51,637 bases of DNA from a virus (IMGVR_UViG_3300050023_000090:1-51637), one strand, 5' to 3'. Positions 35,307-44,211 are shown, counted from the first letter of the stretch. Made by a program: numbers and translations. The notes: generated by a model from the letters alone, not told the origin.

Positions 35307-37058
35307 TTACATCCCCGTCACTTTACATCGTGTCGGATCGCTTCGATAGAGTTCTTCTTCGAACTCGTCCGCGTCCATCTCCTCTTGGGAAGACGGAACC
35401 GTCAGGTCGGTCAAGCCTTTTTCGAAAGCGTCCAAGGCGTCCATCTTGAACTCGTTATTCGGGAATAACATTCTCTCTTCCTCAAAATCTTTTTCCTCCC
35501 CCTCCACGACCCAGACGAGGCCACGCATCAGGGAACGACCTACATTTGTCCTGATGCGGGCTGTCTTGTCTCCCTTGGCAGGGATGGGAACCGGATTGAT
35601 GTAGTAGCCGCGAGTTCTGCGTTCCTTCTCAAGGAGCGGGGCAATGATCGTCTGCATCGCATTGCTTTCGACGCCGACCTTCGAGATAAGACCGTCGAAC
35701 TTCTTACAGCCCTCGAAGATGTAGTCGAAGACCGTCTCGATGGTGAAATACCCGACTCGCGCCCAAATGAGGACGGCCCTCTCCTGCGAGTCGAGCCCTA
35801 TAATTTCGATGGCGGTCTTTGATGCCTTCGCGGAGATGCCCCGATTCGTTCCCGCGGGATCCACGTACATCCCGATGGCGAGCGATCCGAGGCGCGTCAG
35901 CGTAATGGGGAGGTCGTCTTCCCAGTTGGAAAGTTCGTTGTCGGCAAGCTGACTCCACCGGATGAAGTACTCGCCCCGCTTGGGGGACCACATCAAGCCG
36001 CAGCGTTTCGTCTCCAGCTTGTAGAACTCGGAGACGGCGGGATCGTGGGCCTTGTTCGCATACTGGGTGATCGCGGTCCACGGGTCATCCTGGAGGAGCT
36101 TGGCATAGGTGGCCTTGTTCATGACCTCCGGGAAGACTTCGATTCCGTCTTCTTCCCATGAGCGATAATAAACGGTCCACACTCCCGTCTGGGAGACAGC
36201 GAACTCAGGCGTCAGGAAGCCCTCAATCTTCTTTGCATCGTTCATGATCGCCGAGTGAACATCGTCGGCGCCATAAAAAGTGCCGCGAAGATTTATTCTG
36301 GAGTTCAGATCAACGAGAAGAGTCGTGGCGTTCGTCGCGAACCACTTCTTCTTTTGCATCATCGAAGCGTTGCTTCTATGCTGGGCATCCACGTCTTCAA
36401 GGCCATGGATATCGTCGATGTCCAGGAGGTCAACGTGGACACCTTCAGAGGCGCCGGTGGCACCCCCCGCAGAGATCGTAGGCTCCGCGTAGTTGCGAGT
36501 CCTGTTAGGGAGGACGAACTCGGATTCGTTCCAGCGAGACGCTGACTTGCCGGGAACATACTCGGGAAAGAGAAGGGCGAACCACCCGTTCGAGTCGAAG
36601 GTTGCTTTGGCCAGGTTCTTGAAGGTGTGGGCTCGCTCAACTATTTCGGAGATAAGGCGGATCCTGATGTTCGGATTGCGGAGGGCCTCCCACGAATCTG
36701 CTCCGTGCCCGCAGACGGTTGACTTATAGGAGGAACGGAAGATGATTTCCGCTGCGCGAGCGCCATCCTTCATGGAGGCTTCGCTCTGCCTGAAGTTCGC
36801 CATGTCGAGATGGAGGGATTCGTTGAGCTTCTCGTAGGGACCCGAGAAGGCGGCAACCTGAGTGAGAAAGAAGAAAAGGGAGACGAGGGATGCCTGGCGG
36901 ATGAGGGCGGTCATCATGTCGGAGGCGGAAACCTTCCCGGATTCGAGGTCACTTCTTATTCTTTCGATGAGGAGCCGGGGATTGCGGACATACTTCTTTG
37001 CGAAGAGAGGGGCGTCTTCGTGAGGAAGGATCTCGAACTTCGACTTGGGACTTCTCAA
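35307..37058 (-). CDS. terL: Terminase large subunit
   Basis: Walker A-like FRSSYKST, GVHVDLLDIDD (Walker B), coupling motif GTFY, RNase H motifs YVDPA, GVESNAMQ, KTARI and DALDA. Confidence 0.92.
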   Translation of the reverse strand: MRSPKSKFEILPHEDAPLFAKKYVRNPRLLIERIRSDLESGKVSASDMMTALIRQASLVSLFFFLTQVAAFSGPYEKLNESLHLDMANFRQSEASMKDGARAAEIIFRSSYKSTVCGHGADSWEALRNPNIRIRLISEIVERAHTFKNLAKATFDSNGWFALLFPEYVPGKSASRWNESEFVLPNRTRNYAEPTISAGGATGASEGVHVDLLDIDDIHGLEDVDAQHRSNASMMQKKKWFATNATTLLVDLNSRINLRGTFYGADDVHSAIMNDAKKIEGFLTPEFAVSQTGVWTVYYRSWEEDGIEVFPEVMNKATYAKLLQDDPWTAITQYANKAHDPAVSEFYKLETKRCGLMWSPKRGEYFIRWSQLADNELSNWEDDLPITLTRLGSLAIGMYVDPAGTNRGISAKASKTAIEIIGLDSQERAVLIWARVGYFTIETVFDYIFEGCKKFDGLISKVGVESNAMQTIIAPLLEKERRTRGYYINPVPIPAKGDKTARIRTNVGRSLMRGLVWVVEGEEKDFEEERMLFPNNEFKMDALDAFEKGLTDLTVPSSQEEMDADEFEEELYRSDPTRCKVTGM

Positions 37059-37133
37059 TATTTCTCCAGCCGCGGGCCGTGACCTGCTTGGTGGGATGCG
37101 GAAGACCCGGAAGGAAGAAGAGGTTTTTCACTT

Positions 37134-37631
37134 CTAATTTTCCAAGAGGGCTCTGTTGAAGTCATCCACGCTCGCTTCATCTGTTTCGTCGGTTTTCTTT
37201 GAGAGGCTGAGGGAGGGCCACTTAATAGGAGGAAAGCCGAGGATGCGAAACACGTAGGCGAAGGCTTGCCGGGCAAAGGCCTCGGGAATGGCGGAGGCCC
37301 TGCCGCCCGCGTTGGTGATGCCCTTTCGATTGAGGATGTCCTGGGCGGCGGAAAGCTCTTCCCGGGTGACCTCACCTCCCTGGGCGGCACGAGCAAGGGT
37401 GCGGGCCGCATCGGAGACGGCGGCGTCGAGAATGGTGTGCGGAGACTCGACGAGGACGAGAGAATCGTCCTCCATGGAGGTGTCCTGCTCCAAGGCGGGC
37501 TCGGAAAGGGGAGGGAGGGGTTTCTTCCTGGGCTTCCCAGCCCGGATGCGTTTGAGGGCCTTTTTCTTCACGAGCGGGGTCCGCCCTTTGTGAACTCGAA
37601 CTGGACGATGTGGTAGGGTTTTCCCATCCAC
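37134..37631 (-). CDS. Putative terminase small subunit
   Basis: Directly upstream of terL; basic N-terminus; ELSAAQDILNRKG helical motif. Confidence 0.55.
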   Translation of the reverse strand: MDGKTLPHRPVRVHKGRTPLVKKKALKRIRAGKPRKKPLPPLSEPALEQDTSMEDDSLVLVESPHTILDAAVSDAARTLARAAQGGEVTREELSAAQDILNRKGITNAGGRASAIPEAFARQAFAYVFRILGFPPIKWPSLSLSKKTDETDEASVDDFNRALLEN

Positions 37632-37941
37632 CCGGTCCAGATAGAAAAGATTTTTCTCTTCCCTTGCTTGTGCGTTGTCCAGTACGTGAGGGGGAGGAGC
37701 TGCTTGAGGTACCAGAGAAGTCTTGTTTTGGTCATCACTTAGAGTATCGGTGCAGGAGAAGGCAATCTTAAAGGTGACACCAAATGGGTGGGAGGGTCGT
37801 CAGGGGATTTGGGGGATTCTCTCTTTTCGCGCGCCCTCGTGTCCAATGGGGGTGGGGCTCTTCGCCTTGCCACGCGTGCGATAATAGGTCAAGAGCTGGT
37901 CTTGCTATCAAAGCAGAGTTAATAAGGCAAGGAGTAAAAGA

Positions 37942-38130
37942 ATGACAGAGTATCAGAAGCTATTGAAGGCTGGGGCGCACGTAAGACACGCGCCCCTATT
38001 GCCTCAAATCACGCGCGACTACCTGCGTGCAAGCGCAACCAGGGTCGGCCTTTTCTATGAACCGACTTCACAAGTGGAAAGGAACGTAAAAGAACTACGC
38101 TCTATCGTAGCGGGCAGCAAGAGGGAATGA
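37942..38130 (+). CDS. Hypothetical protein
   Basis: RBS aaggag; 62 aa. Confidence 0.55.
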   Translation: MTEYQKLLKAGAHVRHAPLLPQITRDYLRASATRVGLFYEPTSQVERNVKELRSIVAGSKRE

Positions 38131-38285
38131 AAAACATGGATACAACATATAAGGTAATGGCAAACGGATACAAACTTGCCGAGTTCAAAACGCATCAAGA
38201 AGCAAAGCAATACATTCTTGACCATGACGGGAACGATCCGACAAACGTCGAGCAAATGTATATTGTAAAACAATCGCGCGCGTAA
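38127..38285 (+). CDS. Hypothetical 52-aa protein (absent from ORF track)
   Basis: MKNMDTTYKVMANGYKLAEFKTHQEAKQYI...; ATGA overlap; followed by a terminator. Confidence 0.55.
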   Translation: MKNMDTTYKVMANGYKLAEFKTHQEAKQYILDHDGNDPTNVEQMYIVKQSRA

Positions 38286-38303
38286 TCGTCGAACACGCGT
38301 TAG

Positions 38304-38328
38304 AAGGCTACAGAAATGTAGCCTTTTT
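38304..38328 (+). terminator. Intrinsic terminator
   Basis: aaggctaca-gaaa-tgtagcctt hairpin followed by T residues. Confidence 0.85.
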
Positions 38329-38380
38329 CATTTCGTCTCGCAGTGGGAAAGAAGTGTGCCAAGTGTTTTTGTTTGCCAGT

Positions 38381-38647
<267 letters not shown>

Positions 38648-38750
38648 TATTTTGATATTTATACACTCCATGCATAACGACTCAAAAAACCATCCATAGA
38701 ATCATACGTCCTCCCCTCTCAAAGTCTCACCTTGCCTCACCTTGACGCAT

Positions 38751-38777
38751 AAAAAACGGCGCCCATTACGGCGCCGT
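38751..38777 (-). terminator. Intrinsic terminator of the leftward early operon
   Basis: acggcgcc-cattac-ggcgccgt hairpin with an A-run on the plus strand (U-tract on minus). Confidence 0.8.
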
Positions 38778-38799
38778 CTCTCTTTCTCTCATTTCTGCC

Positions 38800-39216
38800 C
38801 TATTTGCAGAAGCATGCCTCACTCATCTTGCACGGCTGCATCATGCTCCCGATGTTTCCGTCAATCCAATTGCCGTGCCTCGCATCAATCCATCCGTCTC
38901 CACTGTCTCTCTTATAGAATGAAGAAAAGATACGCGCATCCGGCTCCACCTTGAATAGTTCCTCGAAAAAGTATCCGTGTACGTGCCAACACGCAGCTGC
39001 AATCTTTCTATCACTATGCCAGCTATGCCGTACTCCCGGCGCCGCTATCCGGTCTTTTCCTTTTCCGAGTGCCGTCTCTTTTACCGTCAAAGTAAAGAGG
39101 AATCCTTTCCCCTTTTTCTCGAATCGCTTGAATACGATGTTCCCCTCGAAACGATCTCGATTGATAACGGCAAGCGCCGTTTCCATAGCTGTCTCTGTTA
39201 TGTTCCTTGCAATCAT
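38800..39216 (-). CDS. Conserved hypothetical early protein
   Basis: AACWHVHGYFF motif; RBS ggagg; ATGA coupling. Confidence 0.7.
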   Translation of the reverse strand: MIARNITETAMETALAVINRDRFEGNIVFKRFEKKGKGFLFTLTVKETALGKGKDRIAAPGVRHSWHSDRKIAAACWHVHGYFFEELFKVEPDARIFSSFYKRDSGDGWIDARHGNWIDGNIGSMMQPCKMSEACFCK

Positions 39217-39728
39217 TCCGTTACCTCCGTTTCATCGCTTACCCTATACACCGGATACGGCGCTTTTTCCTCATCGAACCAATCATGCCCAAAACAATAC
39301 GCTTTGATTCCTTCCGGGTTCGGAGACATCAGATATCCGGCGCCCGGTGCGCATGGCGAGCAATACGCGCAAAGCGTATAGAATGGGCTTTTCATGATGA
39401 AAATGTCCGGATCATCAGAAGACTGAGAACAGAGATATTCTCCATCGTCCAAGGTAAACGCGATAGCTTCCGTCTCGTCATCTTGAATCTTACCTTCTCC
39501 GTCACAATCCGGGCACGAATCGTCAAGATCGTTTCCATCTTCATCTTGAGAGCACCCGGTCCCCAAACATGTTTCGCACTTCTCAGGCTCCGGGTACTCC
39601 CCTTCACTCGAATCCGCCCATGCTTGCAAAACTTCATTCTGGTTTATTACGCCATAATGAATCCTATTCGATAGGTCGATGTTTGTCGTTCCCATTCCGT
39701 AATCAATTCCGATATAGTCGTCTTTCAT
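39213..39728 (-). CDS. Acidic hypothetical protein with DnaJ-like Zn-finger insert
   Basis: CETCLGTG...CPDCDGEG and CAYCSPCAPGAGYL. Confidence 0.7.
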   Translation of the reverse strand: MKDDYIGIDYGMGTTNIDLSNRIHYGVINQNEVLQAWADSSEGEYPEPEKCETCLGTGCSQDEDGNDLDDSCPDCDGEGKIQDDETEAIAFTLDDGEYLCSQSSDDPDIFIMKSPFYTLCAYCSPCAPGAGYLMSPNPEGIKAYCFGHDWFDEEKAPYPVYRVSDETEVTE

Positions 39729-40009
39729 TCCTTTGTCTCCTTTTCTTTTCTTTCCTTTTCTTGTTCATCCACTTCTATAGCAGAAATGACATCTTCCATA
39801 ATTGCATTAAACTCAGTAGCGTCACAATCTATGTTTGATTTTCCGTCAATCGTAATATCAACAAGATTACCAGAGTAAAACTCGACGAAAACTCTATGAC
39901 CAGATAATTGTGAACATGGCCAATATGCTCCATCTTTATGTGCCCATTTGTAGGTATCATTTGCCGATAACCATACCTTAATAGACTTTCCGAAAGTTTG
40001 CGTTTTCAT
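39725..40009 (-). CDS. Hypothetical early protein
   Basis: VWLSANDTYKWA...WPCSQL; stop overlaps the next start. Confidence 0.65.
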   Translation of the reverse strand: MKTQTFGKSIKVWLSANDTYKWAHKDGAYWPCSQLSGHRVFVEFYSGNLVDITIDGKSNIDCDATEFNAIMEDVISAIEVDEQEKERKEKETKE

Positions 40010-40043
40010 ACGCTTTTCCTTTCATTCCATGCTTCTTTTTTTG

Positions 40044-40619
40044 TCATATCTCCTCCCTTTCCTTTCCCCATATCTCGAAATCGATATAGAATTGACTCAC
40101 GCTAAGATTCCCAAAAACCAGATCATAGGTCGGATACTTTTTCTTATACTCAGCAAGTATCTTGACCGGATCGTCATTCATATGTGCGTGGAAACCATTT
40201 TCAAACGTTCCATTAAGGTTAGTGAAACCTAAAGAAGACAAGTCAAGGAATGCTTTCACACACGTTTTAGGATTGTTAATGCATTCCTTTATATAATCGT
40301 CCGGGCTTTCCTTGACACAATCCCCGCACAGACAAGTACCAGACTTCCCGTCAATCCATGCATACATCGTCCACTGATAACAGTCTCCGGACGTTCTGAA
40401 GTACCTTCCGCATTCCTCGCAGCTTGTCCATTCATCGTTCCATTCCAGCTCGAAACGTTCTTCTAACGCGGAAAGCAATCCTTTTGGGACCGGGTTCCAA
40501 TCTCCGAAAAGAATACTTTCCTTTTCCGTGGAGTACCCCGGCTCGCAATACTCTCCCATATCCCCGTACCACGCATGGAGCTTTTCAAGCCTTGCAAATA
40601 CCCTTTCATATGTTTTCAT
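40044..40619 (-). CDS. Hypothetical early protein with Cys motifs
   Basis: EWNDEWTSCEECG...CLCGDC...ENGFH...DDP...QFYIDF. Confidence 0.7.
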   Translation of the reverse strand: MKTYERVFARLEKLHAWYGDMGEYCEPGYSTEKESILFGDWNPVPKGLLSALEERFELEWNDEWTSCEECGRYFRTSGDCYQWTMYAWIDGKSGTCLCGDCVKESPDDYIKECINNPKTCVKAFLDLSSLGFTNLNGTFENGFHAHMNDDPVKILAEYKKKYPTYDLVFGNLSVSQFYIDFEIWGKEREEI

Positions 40620-40622
40620 TCC

Positions 40623-40811
40623 TTAGTCTCCTATCCCCGCAAAGCTCAATTCATGCCTTAATTCCGACAAATGAATAAGGCAATCCGCATTCCTCATTTG
40701 GCCATAATCCTCAATCTGGCCATTCCTTATCATGTACCACGCTCCGGTCTTCCGATCTATGACTACGCGCCCATTCTTTCCTGAGTATGCCTTGAATCGA
40801 TTTTTGCTCAC
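40623..40811 (-). CDS. Hypothetical protein
   Basis: 62 aa; GTGA coupling with the upstream gene. Confidence 0.55.
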   Translation of the reverse strand: MSKNRFKAYSGKNGRVVIDRKTGAWYMIRNGQIEDYGQMRNADCLIHLSELRHELSFAGIGD

Positions 40812-41362
40812 TTCACTACTCCCGGCAAAAGGAATTGCGCATCCTTCTTGTCAAGGTATGCAAGCATGCTCTTTCCTTCCGTCTCGCAATAATCGTGTCC
40901 ATAAAATCCCCAACACGAGTCTATTGTCTCTCCGTCTTTATCTTTTATGACGTATCCCCAAACATCCCCGGTTAGATATTGGTCAAGCGCTTTGCATTCC
41001 CCTTGAATACATTCCATCGCGTTTACTTTCCAATATCGACCGCATTCCTTTTTTGCGGTTTCCTTCTCCACGTACATGAAACCGACCTGGCCGGAATCCC
41101 ATACGTCATTAAAAGGATACCGGTCCCCTCCAAGTGACACACTCTGCCCGGAGTGCTGATATAGATACAATCGAGCGATTATATCTCCCCGTCTCGAATG
41201 TTCCTCATACCATTCTTTTTCCCGGCCGATAATGGATTCCCCTATGAATCCCTGTCTATGCCAGTGCACAATCTTGACGATATGTTCCCAATCGTCCCAT
41301 GGCTCCGGATCGGTATCCTGCTCAATTGTGAGCGTGTACCTTTCCTCAATTTCTGTTTTCAT
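40808..41362 (-). CDS. Conserved phage/mobile-element early protein
   Basis: LYLYQHSG...WDSGQVGF...YLTGDVWGY...DSCWGFYG motif set; RBS ggagg. Confidence 0.75.
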   Translation of the reverse strand: MKTEIEERYTLTIEQDTDPEPWDDWEHIVKIVHWHRQGFIGESIIGREKEWYEEHSRRGDIIARLYLYQHSGQSVSLGGDRYPFNDVWDSGQVGFMYVEKETAKKECGRYWKVNAMECIQGECKALDQYLTGDVWGYVIKDKDGETIDSCWGFYGHDYCETEGKSMLAYLDKKDAQFLLPGVVK

Positions 41363-41507
41363 TCTTTCGTACCTCCACCGTCAGGATACCACGCCCATGC
41401 AACACCAGGAGGCCACTCGCGCCGCGCTCCCTCCTCAACTCCCCGCTTTCGAGCTTCTACCCGCATCGGGCTCGCTCCGCTCGGTCTTCCCTCTCGAAAT
41501 AAGCAGC

Positions 41508-41536
41508 TTGCACTCTCTCCCAAAATGTGATACAAT
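41508..41536 (+). promoter_or_regulatory. Sigma70-type promoter P1
   Basis: TTGCAC-17 bp-TACAAT with a TG extended -10. Confidence 0.75.
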
Positions 41537-41542
41537 TCCTCT

Positions 41543-41650
41543 TTGAGCTTTGGCAGTCTGACCCTGAAAAGGAGGAAAGCCAAATGAAGCGGCCGTGAAA
41601 ACACGGGAGCCCCGGGGGAGAGACAGCCCTTGACCGGGGCTTTTTTTTTT
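41543..41650 (+). ncRNA. Candidate ~105-nt structured small RNA or minigene transcript
   Basis: Lies between P1 and a GC hairpin plus T10; hairpins tttggc/gccaaa, ccgtg/cacgg and agccccgg/ccggggct; contains AGGAGG and the minigene MKRP. Confidence 0.45.
41608..41650 (+). terminator. Intrinsic terminator
   Basis: agccccgg...ccggggct stem followed by a T10 run. Confidence 0.75.
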
Positions 41651-41652
41651 GC

Positions 41653-41681
41653 TTGCAATTTCCCCGAATCCATGCTACAAT
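41653..41681 (+). promoter_or_regulatory. Sigma70-type promoter P2
   Basis: TTGCAA-17 bp-TACAAT with a TG extended -10. Confidence 0.75.
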
Positions 41682-41884
41682 ACCTCCCTGTGTGAGAGCG
41701 TTGCATCTCACCCTTTCGTGAAAGGACACGTCAAGCCAATCTGGAAAATCGACGAGGCGTCTTCCTTTCGCCCTCCAATTGGGGGGAACGCTATGACGGC
41801 CTTGATATGGAAGTGGGCTCCTTTCTTCCTGCGGGCCGTCTCCCTTTCCCCCCTCTTTCCTAAATCTTCCGCGTGGAGGCATAT

Positions 41885-42226
41885 ATGCCCGAGAAGCGCA
41901 CCCCCGAAACAAAATCTTATCTTGCCATGGAACGTATCGCATCCCTTGACGAAAAAGCCCGAACCGGTCGCCGCGGCAAACCCTACAACGGTCACCGCTC
42001 ATGGAATGCGTGGAACGTCTCCCTTTGGATCGGAAACGATGAGGGGCTCTACAACCTTGCTCTCGACTGCCTTACACGCTCGCGCGCGCCGCGCGCAAAC
42101 GGCTCATCGCATGGCCGCATGTACGCCGCACGTCTTTTCCTCCGCGAAGTAGGTACAGAAAAAACTCCTGACGGTGGTAAATACAACGTCACCTGCGTCT
42201 ACGAAGCCCTCGAAGGACTCTCTTGA
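41885..42226 (+). CDS. Conserved phage early protein
   Basis: YNGHRSWNAWNVSLWIGNDEGLY motif; RBS ggagg before ATG 41885. Confidence 0.7.
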   Translation: MPEKRTPETKSYLAMERIASLDEKARTGRRGKPYNGHRSWNAWNVSLWIGNDEGLYNLALDCLTRSRAPRANGSSHGRMYAARLFLREVGTEKTPDGGKYNVTCVYEALEGLS

Positions 42227-42390
42227 TGCGCTGTGAACTCTGCTGGAACACCATCCACGATTGGGAACCTTCCCATCATGGAGTACATTTGCTCTGCATT
42301 CTCCGCGCTCAGGAAGAGAACCCCCGCAACCGCGACGAAGGCCCCCATTCGACAGACGACCACGACTACCGGGAAGGATACGACAGATGA
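42226..42390 (+). CDS. Small Cys/His protein (absent from ORF track)
   Basis: MRCELCWNTIHD...HLLC; TGATG and ATGA overlaps with neighbours. Confidence 0.5.
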   Translation: MRCELCWNTIHDWEPSHHGVHLLCILRAQEENPRNRDEGPHSTDDHDYREGYDR

Positions 42391-42629
42391 AACGAGTATT
42401 GCTTTTCTGCGCTTTTACCCTCCTCGTCTCTTGTTCAAGCCTCCCCATCGACGTATTTCAGATCCGCGACAACACTTCCCTCGAAGAGATGCGCTCCCTT
42501 GTCTCAAAACGGCCTGACAAGATAACCCACACTTTTCGAGCTGGCAAAGCCCTCGAAACGTGGCTCTGGCTGAAAGAAAATATCTCCATCACTTTTGAGA
42601 ACGGGCTCATCCTTGAGTGGCACAATTAG
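42387..42629 (+). CDS. Small lipoprotein (BamE/SmpA-like pattern)
   Basis: MKRVLLFCAFTLLVS-C lipobox; SLEEMRSLV..RPD...ETWLW...ITFENGLI. Confidence 0.65.
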   Translation: MKRVLLFCAFTLLVSCSSLPIDVFQIRDNTSLEEMRSLVSKRPDKITHTFRAGKALETWLWLKENISITFENGLILEWHN

Positions 42630-42642
42630 TCAGGAGGAAAAG

Positions 42643-42897
42643 ATGCGAATCGTAATTCATCTCGACGGCGGCCTTGTCCAATCTATTTTCAGTGAAATGT
42701 CGGAACCCATCGAGGCCCTCATTATCGACCACGATACCGACTCCGGAAACGAAGACGACCTGGCTCAAACCCTTGAGGGGAGTTTCTTCACGCGCATCGA
42801 AACCTCCGAAGTTGACGAAGGCATCGTCCATGACGAGTTTACTCTCTTCGACGCGGGCACAATCCTTTCCGCGATCCTTCCCGAGAAAAAGAAATGA
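42643..42897 (+). CDS. Acidic hypothetical protein
   Basis: MRIVIHLDGGLVQSIFS...IIDHD; RBS aggagg. Confidence 0.7.
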   Translation: MRIVIHLDGGLVQSIFSEMSEPIEALIIDHDTDSGNEDDLAQTLEGSFFTRIETSEVDEGIVHDEFTLFDAGTILSAILPEKKK

Positions 42898-43022
42898 AGT
42901 GCATCCGTCTTCTCTCCACCGGCAAGTTGATGCGCGTCCCCTCCTTCCAGGCCCTCTCGATGGTCGAAAGCAAGCTGGCCGTCTTCATCTCGAAAGAAGA
43001 GTACAAGGCGGCAAAGAAGTGA
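42894..43022 (+). CDS. 42-aa hypothetical protein (absent from ORF track)
   Basis: MKCIRLLSTGKLMRV...ISKEEYKAAKK; ATGA overlap. Confidence 0.5.
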   Translation: MKCIRLLSTGKLMRVPSFQALSMVESKLAVFISKEEYKAAKK

Positions 43023-43027
43023 AAAAG

Positions 43028-43651
43028 ATGCGCGTTCTCGTAGCCTGCGAGTTCAGCGGGATTGTCCGTAACGCCTTTGTCCGAGCTGGTCATGATGCCA
43101 TATCATGTGACCTGTTGCCAAGTGAAACCGAACGGCCTGACGGATGGGACGGGCATTATCAAGGAAATGTGTTAGAGCTGCTGTCAGACAAATCCTATTC
43201 GTTTGACATGATGATAGCCCATCCTCCATGTACCTACCTGTGCAATTCAGGAGTCCGCTGGCTTGCACCGGGAGGAGTACTTGAACCAAAGCGCCACAAG
43301 CTCATGAAAGAAGCCTGTGACTTCTTTGCCACTCTCTATTGGGCTGACATTCCTCATATCGCCATTGAAAATCCAATCATGCACAAGTACGCACGAGACT
43401 ACTTGATGTCAGTATGGAAAGTTCCCACCTTCACACAATCAATTCAACCTTGGCAATTTGGTCATGGTGAAGTAAAAAGAACGTGCCTTTGGCTCCGAAA
43501 CCTTCCCAATCTCAAACCTGAAAAAATTGTCAAAGGGCGCTCTCCACGCATTCATCACATGGCACCAAGTCTTGACCGTGCGAAAGAACGCAGCCGCACA
43601 TACCAAGGCATCGCCGATGCAATGGCTTCTCAATGGAGCAATTTGAAGTGA
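43028..43651 (+). CDS. Phage DNA cytosine methyltransferase-like protein, paralog 2
   Basis: MRVLVACEFSG, MIAHPPCT, IAIENP, KRTCLWL and RSRTYQGIADAMASQW. Confidence 0.75.
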   Translation: MRVLVACEFSGIVRNAFVRAGHDAISCDLLPSETERPDGWDGHYQGNVLELLSDKSYSFDMMIAHPPCTYLCNSGVRWLAPGGVLEPKRHKLMKEACDFFATLYWADIPHIAIENPIMHKYARDYLMSVWKVPTFTQSIQPWQFGHGEVKRTCLWLRNLPNLKPEKIVKGRSPRIHHMAPSLDRAKERSRTYQGIADAMASQWSNLK

Positions 43652-43827
43652 TCGAAATCCACATCTCCCCTGACGGCCTTATCGAAGCCTTCGGCCTCAT
43701 CCCGGGCCAGATCGTCAAACTCGTCTTGCCCTCTGGAGTCTATCTCGTCCACCGTCACGGGGTCTTTTCCCACGTCCACGAAATCGAAAGAAAGGAAGAA
43801 AATGAAGCAAGACCGTCCGAAACCTAA
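43633..43827 (+). CDS. Hypothetical protein
   Basis: Fits the operon packing. Confidence 0.4.
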   Translation: MEQFEVIEIHISPDGLIEAFGLIPGQIVKLVLPSGVYLVHRHGVFSHVHEIERKEENEARPSET

Positions 43828-44020
43828 AACTTCTCTCTTTGGGATGCTGGCAAGATTTCTCGCCCTTCAAGCCCTTGTCCAGAATAAGAATGAAACTGAC
43901 CTCGAAATCTTCTCGAAGATGCTCAACAGAAAGTGGGAAAACGGTGGTAGGATGGCCTTCAGTTCTGACTTTCGCAAAGTCCACCTGCACACCCTCAAGA
44001 TGCGAAAGGGTATCAGATGA
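43802..44020 (+). CDS. Hypothetical protein
   Basis: RBS aagga; ATGA coupling with the next gene. Confidence 0.5.
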   Translation: MKQDRPKPKTSLFGMLARFLALQALVQNKNETDLEIFSKMLNRKWENGGRMAFSSDFRKVHLHTLKMRKGIR

Positions 44021-44211
44021 CTCAGCTCCACGGCATTGATTTCGACCTTCCCAAAATCGTCGTCAGGTGCGAACTATGCGGAAAGATCGTCCTTCTCCGG
44101 GGGCCGCTGGATCGCGTCCGCTTCCTCCTCTCCTCCCTGACGACCTGCGTATGCGGCGAAGTCCACGACTGCCTCCCGAATGCGTCTTCACACTCTACAA
44201 TTCTCAAGTAA
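44017..44211 (+). CDS. Small Zn-ribbon protein
   Basis: CELCG...CVCG. Confidence 0.5.
   Translation: MTQLHGIDFDLPKIVVRCELCGKIVLLRGPLDRVRFLLSSLTTCVCGEVHDCLPNASSHSTILK

Noticed and set aside
41543-41650. Hammerhead ribozyme or known riboswitch
   Set aside because: CUGA and GAAA are present but the CUGAnGA core is not, and I could match no known aptamer consensus by eye. It is kept only as an unclassified RNA candidate.
42674-43027. N-terminal extension making the second MTase 325 aa
   Set aside because: It overlaps two better-supported small ORFs, and homology to paralog 1 starts at MRVLVACE (43028).
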